This document shows, one piece after another, positions 55,574 through 64,000 of a DNA stretch of 64,000 nt. Every line of letters begins with the position of its first letter. Position 1 is the first letter of the stretch. The notes beneath the pieces were generated by a model, which was not told the origin of the DNA, did not search any database, and saw only the letters and a program-made list of their open reading frames with translations. Position numbers and translations under genes: made by a program. Source of the stretch: a virus (lineage: Duplodnaviria > Caudoviricetes); IMG/VR virus record IMGVR_UViG_3300044614_001923; one strand, written 5' to 3'.

Positions 55574-56567
55574 AACTAAATTCCTTACGTGCGATTTGAT
55601 CTAGTTGTTGCATTACTTCTTCAGTGAAATACACTTCAGGTTCTTTCAGAATCTGCTTAGCATAAATCTTCTTACCATCAATTTCATAGCGTCCCGCTAC
55701 ATTCTTCCAGAGTCCACCAATCTCACCAAGTTCCAGAAGACCATAGTAACGATCAAGACCGCGCTCATCATAATACAAACGGACTTCAACATCTTTATTC
55801 TCCTTACTCAAACGCGATTTAGCAGTCTTAGCCTTGATAATATTTCCGACCACTTCCGTTCCATCCTTCTCTTTCTTTTTGCTGAGATAGATAATCGTAC
55901 TTGCTGCGTACTTGAGTCCAGAACCTCCCCCCATTTCTTTCGTTGGTACATAAGCTCCGATGACATCGTATGTATGATTTGTGACAATGAGTGGTACATT
56001 TGCTTGTCCTAATTTAAGAGTTAACATTCTGAAAGCGCCTTTGATAAGTTGCGATTTAGTCATATCACGAACTTCTTTATCATTCAGAACATCATTAATC
56101 TCCTTACTCGTAGAAAGCATCCCCAAAGAGTCTAGCACAAACATGCAAGGATTGCGCTCTCCTTCAGGTTTTTTCATGTACAGATCTACCGCTTTGAGTG
56201 CTTTGTTACGAAACTCTTCAATTGTAACAACATTAACAACAACAAGACGAGAAGTATCAATTCCACGAGATTCTAATAGAGATTTAGTGATAGCAGCTTC
56301 AGTATCAAAATAGAGACAATAACCATCGGGATTGGTATCAAGAAAATTCTTAACAACGGCGAGGCTGAAGAAAGTTTTTCCAGTAGAAGACTCTCCAGCA
56401 ATAGCAGTAATCTTATTGCCAGATACACCACCAAATATGCTACCTGAAACCAGTGCATTAAAAATGTATGAACCCGTGTCAACATAAGTTTCTGTTTCAT
56501 CAATATCTGAGGCAAGTTTGGTGTAATCATCACCAATTTCTTTTACAATATCCTTTAAGAAGTCCAT
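55560..56567 (-). CDS. uvsX: RecA-like recombinase
   Basis: AGESSTGKT, VLDSLGML, MGGGSG. Confidence 0.95.
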   Translation of the reverse strand: MDFLKDIVKEIGDDYTKLASDIDETETYVDTGSYIFNALVSGSIFGGVSGNKITAIAGESSTGKTFFSLAVVKNFLDTNPDGYCLYFDTEAAITKSLLESRGIDTSRLVVVNVVTIEEFRNKALKAVDLYMKKPEGERNPCMFVLDSLGMLSTSKEINDVLNDKEVRDMTKSQLIKGAFRMLTLKLGQANVPLIVTNHTYDVIGAYVPTKEMGGGSGLKYAASTIIYLSKKKEKDGTEVVGNIIKAKTAKSRLSKENKDVEVRLYYDERGLDRYYGLLELGEIGGLWKNVAGRYEIDGKKIYAKQILKEPEVYFTEEVMQQLDQIARKEFSYGES

Positions 56568-56597
56568 AATATTTTTCCAATTAGTAACAGTATAGCA

Positions 56598-59093
56598 TTA
56601 GATAAAGAAAGCATCAAGGGTGCTAGTTCTTTCAGAAGACCATCCGATTGCATTAAGAATGATTTTTAAAGGTTCAAGAAACCCTTTATCAAATTGCAAC
56701 TCATAATCAACATATTTTTCTAATCCAAGTTCTCTTGGGAAGTCTTGAATGAAAGAGATAACATTTTCATGAATAATATTTGGTTTTTTGAGATAGCAAA
56801 ACTTGACTTTTTCTCCATTTTGAATGAGAGAATACTTATTCGTAAGTTTTTTGTCCTTAATATAGTAATTAAAGAGCAATGCTCCCCTAACATGCATTGG
56901 AGTTTTGGGAGCATATATGTTTGAAAATGATTGATATTTCTGAATATCAGAAGCAGATCTTGGAAAAGAAACTTCCTCTGGAGAAAGTTTTTTAAACTTA
57001 GTCCTACATTCTTCAATGTAATTTATCACATCATCTTCAGTCCCATTCATCATAAGTTTAAGTGCATCCTTAATCATTTGACGACAAGGAGCTGGAGTTG
57101 ATGATTTAACTGCTTCAATTCCCATGATCTTCAGTTTGGGTTCAGAGTAACGAACACCTTCACTGTCCCAGACATTCATAATATAACGTTTCTTAGCAGT
57201 CCAAATTCCACGATCAGCAATATTCTCACGCTTCATCTGCATCTTCTGCTCATAAGCATTCATGTATTCTGCCAATTCTTGGTAAGAACTTTCAATATAT
57301 TTTTCAAGTTCCACCTTAGCGACCTTATCAAGGAAATTGACAACGCTCTCAGTAGTTTTCTCTCTGCCTTCGTATACACGGTCAACCAAAGGACCCATAT
57401 GCATATAAATGGAATCAGTATCAGAAGCAATGACATAATCAACACCCTCAGTTTTAAGAAGTTTGTTCATATAGTTATTCAACTTTTCTTCAATCCACCT
57501 AATAGCAACTTGACCAGAAAGAGTAATTGCTTCAGCATTTTCAAGTTTGTAATAACGGAAATATTGATTACCAATAGCACCATAAGCAGAGTTCAAAGAA
57601 ATCTTCTTTGCCATCTGAATATTGTTGCAGCGAGCAATTTCTTTTACAAGTTCTTTATTCTTGGTTTTCTCATACTGTTTCTTTGCCTCAATCATCTTCT
57701 TCTTAAAGATAACACGGTCCCCATACATTTTTTCCATAAGTTCTGGAAGGATTCCACGTATATCTTTTCGAAACATAGCTCCATTTGGGCACACTGCATA
57801 ATCCTTATACATCTCAAGAGTAATTTCTTTCTTTAAGATTTTTTCTACAGATACATTTGGGCAACGTTCATCTACCAGAGTTTCTGGACTGATGTTTGAT
57901 TGCATAATCAAATGTGGATATAGGGAGTTAAGGTCAAAGTTGACAATCCAATCATATACACCAGGAATTGGTTCTTTTACATAAGCACCCGCATACTTAT
58001 CATTTTTTTCAGATTTGTCTTTTGGGGGAATAACGACGTTTCTTTTTTTCAAATAATTATAAATGATGTTATCCCACATACGGACTTGATAAAACACATC
58101 AACAAAGTTAACTTTTGCATCAAATGCCATCGTAACTGCAAGTTCAATCAGTTTCATCTTGTCTTCCAAACGGTCAACAAGTTCTACGTCAATGATGTTG
58201 TACTCTACAAACTTTTGCCAACCTTTGGTATAAAAGTCCTTAAAAGTATCAAACTCAGAGTGATCCAGTTTCTTCTGACCCAATTCAACACTTGCAATAT
58301 GATCTAGACGATATGATTCTTGAGCAGAATAAGTAAATTTTTTATAAAGATCAAGGTAATCCAGTTGAGTAATGCCACCAACATCAAAACAAATTTGTTG
58401 TCGGTTATTGACCCATACTTCATTTTGTGTTATGAGTCCCCATGGAGAAAAACTCTTCATTCTTTTCTCACCGAGAACGCGAGAAAGTCTGCCACAAATA
58501 TATGGAATATCATAAAATTGAATGTTCCATCCAGTAACAACCTCAGGAACATTATTTTCCCAATAAAACAAAAACTTATTTAAAAGTTCATACTCGGAAG
58601 AACACTGAATATAATTAACATTACTCTGAGTATTTTTAAATGGACCATTTCCCCAAGTAATAATATTTTTTGTGGAATAATCCTGAATTGTAATCAGAAG
58701 TATTTCTTGGTCACATGACTTTGGATCTGGGAATCCATTTTCAGAGGCAACCTCAATGTCAAGAGTTACCAACTTAATTTTATTGATATCAAATTTAATT
58801 TCATCCTCAGGATACTTATCAGAAATGTATTGATAAACATACCTATCATTCCCGTAGATTTTAAATCCATCTACGCTATCATACTTTTTGTAGAACTCTC
58901 TACAATCTTTTACTAATCCTGGTTTTATTGCTTCAACGTATTCACCTTCAAGTGTTTTATATTTTGTTTCTTTATTTGATTTTACAAATAAAGTTGGAGA
59001 GTATTCCTCCTTAAACATTACATGTTGCCCATTCTCATATCCGCGAACAAGAAACTTGTTCCCGATCATTTGTACGTTGGTATAAAATCTCAT
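56598..59093 (-). CDS. Family B DNA polymerase (T4 gp43-like)
   Basis: LDIEV, FDLNSLYPH, KISLNSAYG, SDTDS; no intein. Confidence 0.98.
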   Translation of the reverse strand: MRFYTNVQMIGNKFLVRGYENGQHVMFKEEYSPTLFVKSNKETKYKTLEGEYVEAIKPGLVKDCREFYKKYDSVDGFKIYGNDRYVYQYISDKYPEDEIKFDINKIKLVTLDIEVASENGFPDPKSCDQEILLITIQDYSTKNIITWGNGPFKNTQSNVNYIQCSSEYELLNKFLFYWENNVPEVVTGWNIQFYDIPYICGRLSRVLGEKRMKSFSPWGLITQNEVWVNNRQQICFDVGGITQLDYLDLYKKFTYSAQESYRLDHIASVELGQKKLDHSEFDTFKDFYTKGWQKFVEYNIIDVELVDRLEDKMKLIELAVTMAFDAKVNFVDVFYQVRMWDNIIYNYLKKRNVVIPPKDKSEKNDKYAGAYVKEPIPGVYDWIVNFDLNSLYPHLIMQSNISPETLVDERCPNVSVEKILKKEITLEMYKDYAVCPNGAMFRKDIRGILPELMEKMYGDRVIFKKKMIEAKKQYEKTKNKELVKEIARCNNIQMAKKISLNSAYGAIGNQYFRYYKLENAEAITLSGQVAIRWIEEKLNNYMNKLLKTEGVDYVIASDTDSIYMHMGPLVDRVYEGREKTTESVVNFLDKVAKVELEKYIESSYQELAEYMNAYEQKMQMKRENIADRGIWTAKKRYIMNVWDSEGVRYSEPKLKIMGIEAVKSSTPAPCRQMIKDALKLMMNGTEDDVINYIEECRTKFKKLSPEEVSFPRSASDIQKYQSFSNIYAPKTPMHVRGALLFNYYIKDKKLTNKYSLIQNGEKVKFCYLKKPNIIHENVISFIQDFPRELGLEKYVDYELQFDKGFLEPLKIILNAIGWSSERTSTLDAFFI

Positions 59094-59368
59094 TTAGTTA
59101 AAGACTGGTACTTTTCAAGTAGTGTGGGTTTTGGATCTGATAGTGTAAGAATTTTATCAGAGTGTATCATAAAGATATCCTGACTGGTAAAATCTGACAA
59201 CCATGCTTCTAAAGTGGGGGGAAGACCTTGTATTGGCGTAGCAAATTGATATGGTTTAGTCAATTTGCAATCGGGTTCTCCAATATCAGCAGAGACTTCT
59301 TCAATTGAGGATATTAATTTTGTGCCATCTAAAAGGCAGATTAGTTTTATATTTTCCATCATCTGCAA
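59090..59368 (-). CDS. Conserved hypothetical protein (Sm-like fold candidate)
   Basis: ADIGEPDCKLTKPY. Confidence 0.7.
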   Translation of the reverse strand: MQMMENIKLICLLDGTKLISSIEEVSADIGEPDCKLTKPYQFATPIQGLPPTLEAWLSDFTSQDIFMIHSDKILTLSDPKPTLLEKYQSLTK

Positions 59369-59766
59369 GTCTTACAATCGTAGTTATCATCTTCCTTTGC
59401 TGCTGATTCTTCAGGGGGATGATTCATTCCTTCGTTCCAATCCCTAGTTGAATTGATAACATCATTCTCATACATTTCAGCTAGCATATCTACTGGATCA
59501 GTAAACGTTACCACCCAATCAGATACAACAGGAACTCGTGTGCCTTTTGCAAGTGGAATCCAAGGAAAAAGACTAATGTTAAAGGAAGTTTTTCCTGGAG
59601 TTAGTTGAGTTGGTCCCTGAGGATTTTGTTCCGTTTCAGGATCAATAATATTAACAAGACAAGGTTTATAAAAATAAAATCCCGCCAAGCGATCATCAAC
59701 TATCATTTCTTGAACATCAGCAATGACAAATTGACCCGTTTTAATCAATGCAATTTTTACAGACAT
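59359..59766 (-). CDS. Conserved hypothetical protein
   Basis: MSVKIALIKTGQFVIAD; GGAGG RBS. Confidence 0.7.
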   Translation of the reverse strand: MSVKIALIKTGQFVIADVQEMIVDDRLAGFYFYKPCLVNIIDPETEQNPQGPTQLTPGKTSFNISLFPWIPLAKGTRVPVVSDWVVTFTDPVDMLAEMYENDVINSTRDWNEGMNHPPEESAAKEDDNYDCKTCR

Positions 59767-59871
59767 AATTCCTCCAATCTTAAACTCAGTATAGCAATAA
59801 AAAAGAGGGGAGTCAACTGGATTTTGCCAGTTTCCCCTCCGTGGCAGAGCGCCGACGATATTCAATACTAT

Positions 59872-60306
59872 TTAGAACCAAACTTTTCTCTTATGATGCT
59901 CTGGAACAATCTTTCCTAACTTAACTATAAGCATTCCGTTTTCAAATTTTACATCTCTTACTTCAACATCATCAGAAATAGTCCAAGAACGGTTAAACGC
60001 TCTTGTTGCTAGTCCTCTGTGCAAATACTCCGTCTCATTATTTGTTTCTTTTTGTCCCTCCACAAAAAGTTTATTGTTTTCAGTATATACAACAACTTCT
60101 TTTGGACTAAATCCTGCTAAGGCAACTTCCAAACGAAAATCTACATTCGTTTCTTTTACCAAGTTGTATGGAGGATAGTTAGTTTCTGTTTGATGTAGTG
60201 ACCCAAATCTATGAAACCACTCATCCATCCCAATAGAATATTTTTCTACATCATTTAAAAATTTTTCAATGTTTGCGACTTCGTATCTTGCTAAAGTTGG
60301 ATACAT
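59872..60306 (-). CDS. hsp20: Small heat-shock protein
   Basis: NYPPYNL, EVALAGF, YLHRGLA.R.F, NGML. Confidence 0.95.
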   Translation of the reverse strand: MYPTLARYEVANIEKFLNDVEKYSIGMDEWFHRFGSLHQTETNYPPYNLVKETNVDFRLEVALAGFSPKEVVVYTENNKLFVEGQKETNNETEYLHRGLATRAFNRSWTISDDVEVRDVKFENGMLIVKLGKIVPEHHKRKVWF

Positions 60307-60429
60307 GTTTTTTCTCCTTTAAAAGCGAGTTTATTAGTAATGGACCCTTACGGCATCCACTACTAATTATACAAGAATACAAAAAAAGCGAGGTAATGAA
60401 CCCCGCACATTTTTGTATTGTTTTCCGTA

Positions 60430-60867
60430 CTATTTTGCAGTAGTTTCCTTCTTAGATCCAATATTATATTTTTGCTCTAAGATCCATTCTCCCTTATCCT
60501 TATAAGATAGAACTTTAATTTGATTTAGAGGTGCAATATCTGCGATTGATTCTTCATTTACAATTCCAATAAGTCCCCAATCAGCTAAAAGACGAGCAAT
60601 TCTATTTCTGCGCTGAACATCATTTACAGTAAGATTAGCATGTTTACCATCAAGAGCAAACAATTCTTTAAAGTGGACAATATAGTACTTACCTTGCTTA
60701 TGAAGAATGTGGCAAGATTGATAGAGTTTTTTCTCCTTTCTAGATGCAACTCCAATGCGAGTCAAAGTTTCACGAACTTTTAGGAAGTCATCTGGTTCGT
60801 TAAGAAGAACTTCCACCATCATATTGGGAGACCAATTTACTTGGGGTTCAATTGTTTGATTAGTCAT
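60430..60867 (-). CDS. regA: Translational repressor
   Basis: FLKVRETLTRIG, QSCHILHKQG.YYIVHFKE. Confidence 0.97.
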   Translation of the reverse strand: MTNQTIEPQVNWSPNMMVEVLLNEPDDFLKVRETLTRIGVASRKEKKLYQSCHILHKQGKYYIVHFKELFALDGKHANLTVNDVQRRNRIARLLADWGLIGIVNEESIADIAPLNQIKVLSYKDKGEWILEQKYNIGSKKETTAK

Positions 60868-61244
60868 TTTTTTCCGCCAGTTTCAAGTCGTTGTTTAATA
60901 AAATCGAGTTGTTGTCTTGATAAAATTTTCAAACTTTGCAATGCTTTTTCATTACTATATCCATAGTACTGCTTAACGCATTCTAAATCTTTAACTTTAT
61001 CTTTACGGAGCCAAGGAGAAAATCTCTTACGCTTCCTCAGTGTATTTATATAAAACAAATATTGCATGTCCTTATCCAGATGATGATTCATATTCATTTC
61101 ATTAGCAAAAAGAATACAATCAATATGACCAGATAAACATTTATTAACAATATATGGCGGATATTCTTTCTTACAATTTGGGTCAACATCAATCAAATTT
61201 TCTTTAGTAAAATTAATTGAGTTCAACCAGTCCTTCAATTCCAT
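60864..61244 (-). CDS. Clamp loader small subunit (gp62-like)
   Basis: MELKDWLNSIN...YGYSNEKA; start set at the internal Met. Confidence 0.92.
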   Translation of the reverse strand: MELKDWLNSINFTKENLIDVDPNCKKEYPPYIVNKCLSGHIDCILFANEMNMNHHLDKDMQYLFYINTLRKRKRFSPWLRKDKVKDLECVKQYYGYSNEKALQSLKILSRQQLDFIKQRLETGGKK

Positions 61245-62061
61245 AATTAAAAAGCAGTAGTTCTTTACGTTGTTTTTGCTCACGCATATATTCACCAACA
61301 GAACGCATCGTATAAGTTAAATCAAACTCAGCAGCATTCCAGTTCTTAAATCGATCCTTCACAAGTTGATCAGAATTATAACTAATCAATTGATCCATAT
61401 TGTTAGCATCGCAATTAGTAGCAAACTTATCGTGATCAAATCTTTTGTGCATTGATCCCTTATTCCCATAGAGATTATCCTTAATATCATAAGGAGGATC
61501 GAGATACATAAAAGCACTCCTTTCTCCATCCATCAGATAATCGTAAGAGTAATTAGTTATACGCCAATTGGAAATTAGTTTTGCATACTCTGGCAGTTTC
61601 TCAATTCCTCGCATTGAAAAGTTGCTTTGTGATGCTTGAGCAGAAAATGATGAACTTTCTGTGAGACCAGAGAATGAACATTTATTGACAATATAGAAAG
61701 CAACAGCACGATCAAGACTTGATAGATCTTTGGCATTCACATGTTCCTTTGATTTAAGAAAAAGTTCTCTCGCAAGTTCGGGAGTATTGTAAGCAAGTTT
61801 ACAATCAACCAATTCATTCTTCAAATCATTTCCAAACATCTGGAGTTGTTGCCAGAAGTTTACAAGTGGTTCATAAAGATCATTTACCCAAATTTTAAGG
61901 TTTGGATATTTTTTAGTAATATAGATTGCAACACTTCCACCACCAAGAAATGGTTCACGGAATTCATCATAATTGCGAAGGTCTGGAAAATATGGTCCCA
62001 TCTTTTCACAAGCACGGGATTTTCCGCCAGGATATCTAAGGGGTGTTTTGAGAGATTTCAT
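61213..62061 (-). CDS. dam: DNA adenine methyltransferase (D12/Dam class)
   Basis: LRYPGGKS, EPFLGGGSV, YLDPPY. Confidence 0.93.
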   Translation of the reverse strand: MKSLKTPLRYPGGKSRACEKMGPYFPDLRNYDEFREPFLGGGSVAIYITKKYPNLKIWVNDLYEPLVNFWQQLQMFGNDLKNELVDCKLAYNTPELARELFLKSKEHVNAKDLSSLDRAVAFYIVNKCSFSGLTESSSFSAQASQSNFSMRGIEKLPEYAKLISNWRITNYSYDYLMDGERSAFMYLDPPYDIKDNLYGNKGSMHKRFDHDKFATNCDANNMDQLISYNSDQLVKDRFKNWNAAEFDLTYTMRSVGEYMREQKQRKELLLFNYGIEGLVELN

Positions 62062-62257
62062 AATCAGGTTTGTTGTACTTCAAATATTCAAAAAAGGTAA
62101 GTTTCATTTCTTTATGAGTCATACCACAGTGCTTTGCTGCTTGTGGTAGATTCATTTTAGAATAAAAGAGACCCTCATTTGCTTCACGCACATTTTCAGG
62201 AGTTGTTTTTACGGGAACTTCAATAAGAGATGCTTTATTGATCTTAAAAGGATTCAT
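62036..62257 (-). CDS. Conserved cyanophage hypothetical protein
   Basis: KTTPENV.EAN...AAKHCGMT. Confidence 0.7.
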   Translation of the reverse strand: MNPFKINKASLIEVPVKTTPENVREANEGLFYSKMNLPQAAKHCGMTHKEMKLTFFEYLKYNKPDYEISQNTP

Positions 62258-62541
62258 TCAAATTCTCCAACTTTATTTGATTTAACATGAGGAGGTGTTG
62301 TATATTTTGGCACACAAGAAACCGTAATACTTGTCGATTTAGTTGCTTGTGCCATTTCTCGATATCCAGTACCAACATAAATCTGCCCACCAACTACAGC
62401 AACTGCCATAGTTCCCCAGAAAATATAATACCATCTGGACTTGACTTGATGCTTTTTGAGTTGATCAAGTTCTTCATGAATATCCTGATGATGAAACCTT
62501 AAAGGTTTTTGAATCAATTCTTTTAATTTTTTGTTTTTCAC
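62254..62541 (-). CDS. Hypothetical single-TM protein
   Basis: WYYIFWGTMAVAVVGGQIYVG. Confidence 0.65.
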   Translation of the reverse strand: MKNKKLKELIQKPLRFHHQDIHEELDQLKKHQVKSRWYYIFWGTMAVAVVGGQIYVGTGYREMAQATKSTSITVSCVPKYTTPPHVKSNKVGEFE

Positions 62542-63500
62542 TTGAATTCACATTCGCACATAAGTTCAGTAAGAGCAGCAAGAATATTAATTTCTTGATC
62601 CGCAACAAAAGCAACTTGATACTGATATTTTGCAATAATCAGTACAGCAGCAGGAATAGATGCTGGAATCAAATTCTCATAACAAGCATCATAAACACGG
62701 CGTAACAATACAGAAGAATCATTATCCATATTATTAACTACCCATTTACGTACTTCAGTAAAGTTCTTATCTTTAAGACTTTTGATAAGTTCATTTACTG
62801 CAATATCAGCAAAGGATGCAAGAATTGCAGAGTCAATTTTTCCACCAACAGAATACCTCTGACATTCATTCAGAACTCGCCTCCAGTCTGGAAAATGCTT
62901 GTTGATCAACTCAGCAATTACTTTTTGATCATATTGAACACCTTCCTTATCCAAGATTGATTGAATTCTTTGGAAGAAACTTCCTGCAAGTAAGACTTTT
63001 TCTTTACCTTGAATTTTGAATTCAACCACAGCACACCTGGAATGTAGTGGTTCGATAATTTTATTTTTGTAGTTACAGGTGAAGATGAATCTGCAGTTAC
63101 CACTAAATTCCTCAGTAAACGCCCGTAGGAGGAGTTGTACGTCGTTGGTTGTGTTATCTGCCTCATCAATGATGACGACTTTGTGTTTAGCAGTTGACGA
63201 AAGCGATACGGTCGAAGCGAAGTTCTTCGCATTGTTTCTGACAGTATCAAGGAATCTACCTTCGTCGGATCCGTTAATGACATAAAAATCTACTCCCAAT
63301 TCATTACAAAGTGCTTTTGCTACAGTAGTCTTACCGCATCCAGCAGGACCAGCAAGAAGTAGATTCGGCACTTCTCCAGTATTTAGAAAGTCAATAAAGG
63401 TTTTCTTAATATTCTCAGGGAGAATACAGTCTTCAATTGTTTTGGGGCGATACTTCTCCACCCACAGAAATTCATCACGACTCATAATTTTTATACCCAA
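62538..63500 (-). CDS. Clamp loader large subunit (gp44-like)
   Basis: LWVEKYRP, GPAGCGKTT, IIDEAD, PLHSRC. Confidence 0.96.
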   Translation of the reverse strand: MGIKIMSRDEFLWVEKYRPKTIEDCILPENIKKTFIDFLNTGEVPNLLLAGPAGCGKTTVAKALCNELGVDFYVINGSDEGRFLDTVRNNAKNFASTVSLSSTAKHKVVIIDEADNTTNDVQLLLRAFTEEFSGNCRFIFTCNYKNKIIEPLHSRCAVVEFKIQGKEKVLLAGSFFQRIQSILDKEGVQYDQKVIAELINKHFPDWRRVLNECQRYSVGGKIDSAILASFADIAVNELIKSLKDKNFTEVRKWVVNNMDNDSSVLLRRVYDACYENLIPASIPAAVLIIAKYQYQVAFVADQEINILAALTELMCECEFK

Positions 63501-64000
63501 TCAGGTTTTCGTTCTGGCATACGAAGATAATTAGATGCAACCCAAGGTTTGGATGCAATATACATCTTGTAAGCAGTAAAAGTGTCAATGCTTGTGTCAA
63601 GTTTATACTCATCTGGCATAGCACGGGCAAATGAAGTTACTTCTGTAATTTTTCCCTTTGGAAAAAGGTAATAAGCATCCACAAGTGTTTTGTAACAAGC
63701 ATGTATCTTATTATAGCGCAAAGCATACTCATCGCACAAATTAAGTCCGTGCTTAATCAACCAATAGGCATTATGGATATTTTCCATTGCCCATTTGGTG
63801 CAGGGATGATTACGAAAAGCACCTTTTTCAGTCCTGTAAGGAGTGTTATCAGTCTTATAAAGAAAACCATACCCATGACCCCAATTATCAGATGCCACAA
63901 TAGAGAGCATCTGACAGCACTCTAGGGGCATTTTAACAACGTGTTTGTCGGGTAGGCAGATAGCACTCTCAGCTGGCCAAGGAGAAGTTGCAAAAATGTT
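63491..64000 (-). CDS. Pyrimidine-dimer glycosylase-like/DUF protein (5' end just outside window)
   Basis: Open to window edge: NIFATSP...DKHVVKMPLE, HPCTKW. Confidence 0.7.
   Translation of the reverse strand, partial: NIFATSPWPAESAICLPDKHVVKMPLECCQMLSIVASDNWGHGYGFLYKTDNTPYRTEKGAFRNHPCTKWAMENIHNAYWLIKHGLNLCDEYALRYNKIHACYKTLVDAYYLFPKGKITEVTSFARAMPDEYKLDTSIDTFTAYKMYIASKPWVASNYLRMPERKPDWV

Noticed and set aside
59767-59865. N-terminal extension of ORF 59359..59865
   Set aside because: It runs through a terminator hairpin; GGAGG supports the start at 59766

Overview
This 64-kb window is a segment of a T4-like cyanomyovirus genome (Kyanoviridae-like; a freshwater Synechococcus/Cyanobium host is plausible but is inference). 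It is AT-rich and almost entirely encoded on the minus strand. Left to right: structural/hypothetical genes; a photosynthesis and carbon auxiliary-metabolism block (petF, talC, LOG-family, psbD, a DNA methyltransferase, psbA); a short plus-strand island; a lysis locus (C39-like peptidase + GH24 lysozyme); peroxiredoxin, two hli genes, pstS and a Som-type porin; a ~14-kb glycan/LPS-type island; gnd and dps; an array of 23 tRNAs plus one tRNA-like element, interleaved with structured RNAs (a 24th tRNA, Ala, lies further right); a secreted lysozyme-like gene; nrdB/nrdA and primase; two large modular acidic/basic proteins; and the T4 replication core (mazG, gp41, uvsX, gp43, hsp20, regA, gp62, dam, gp44). 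The strongest hidden signal is at 8650-8701. The lysozyme catalytic N-terminus has no start codon and is reachable from the upstream peptidase ORF by a -1 shift at a canonical A_AAA_AAG slippery site, which is followed by a perfect 13-bp hairpin. This is a candidate programmed frameshift giving a two-product endolysin. Also notable are host RpaB (HLR1)-like and Pho boxes on AMG promoters, non-canonical tRNAs, and several candidate structured RNAs. All family assignments come from motif recognition and memory; no database search was run.
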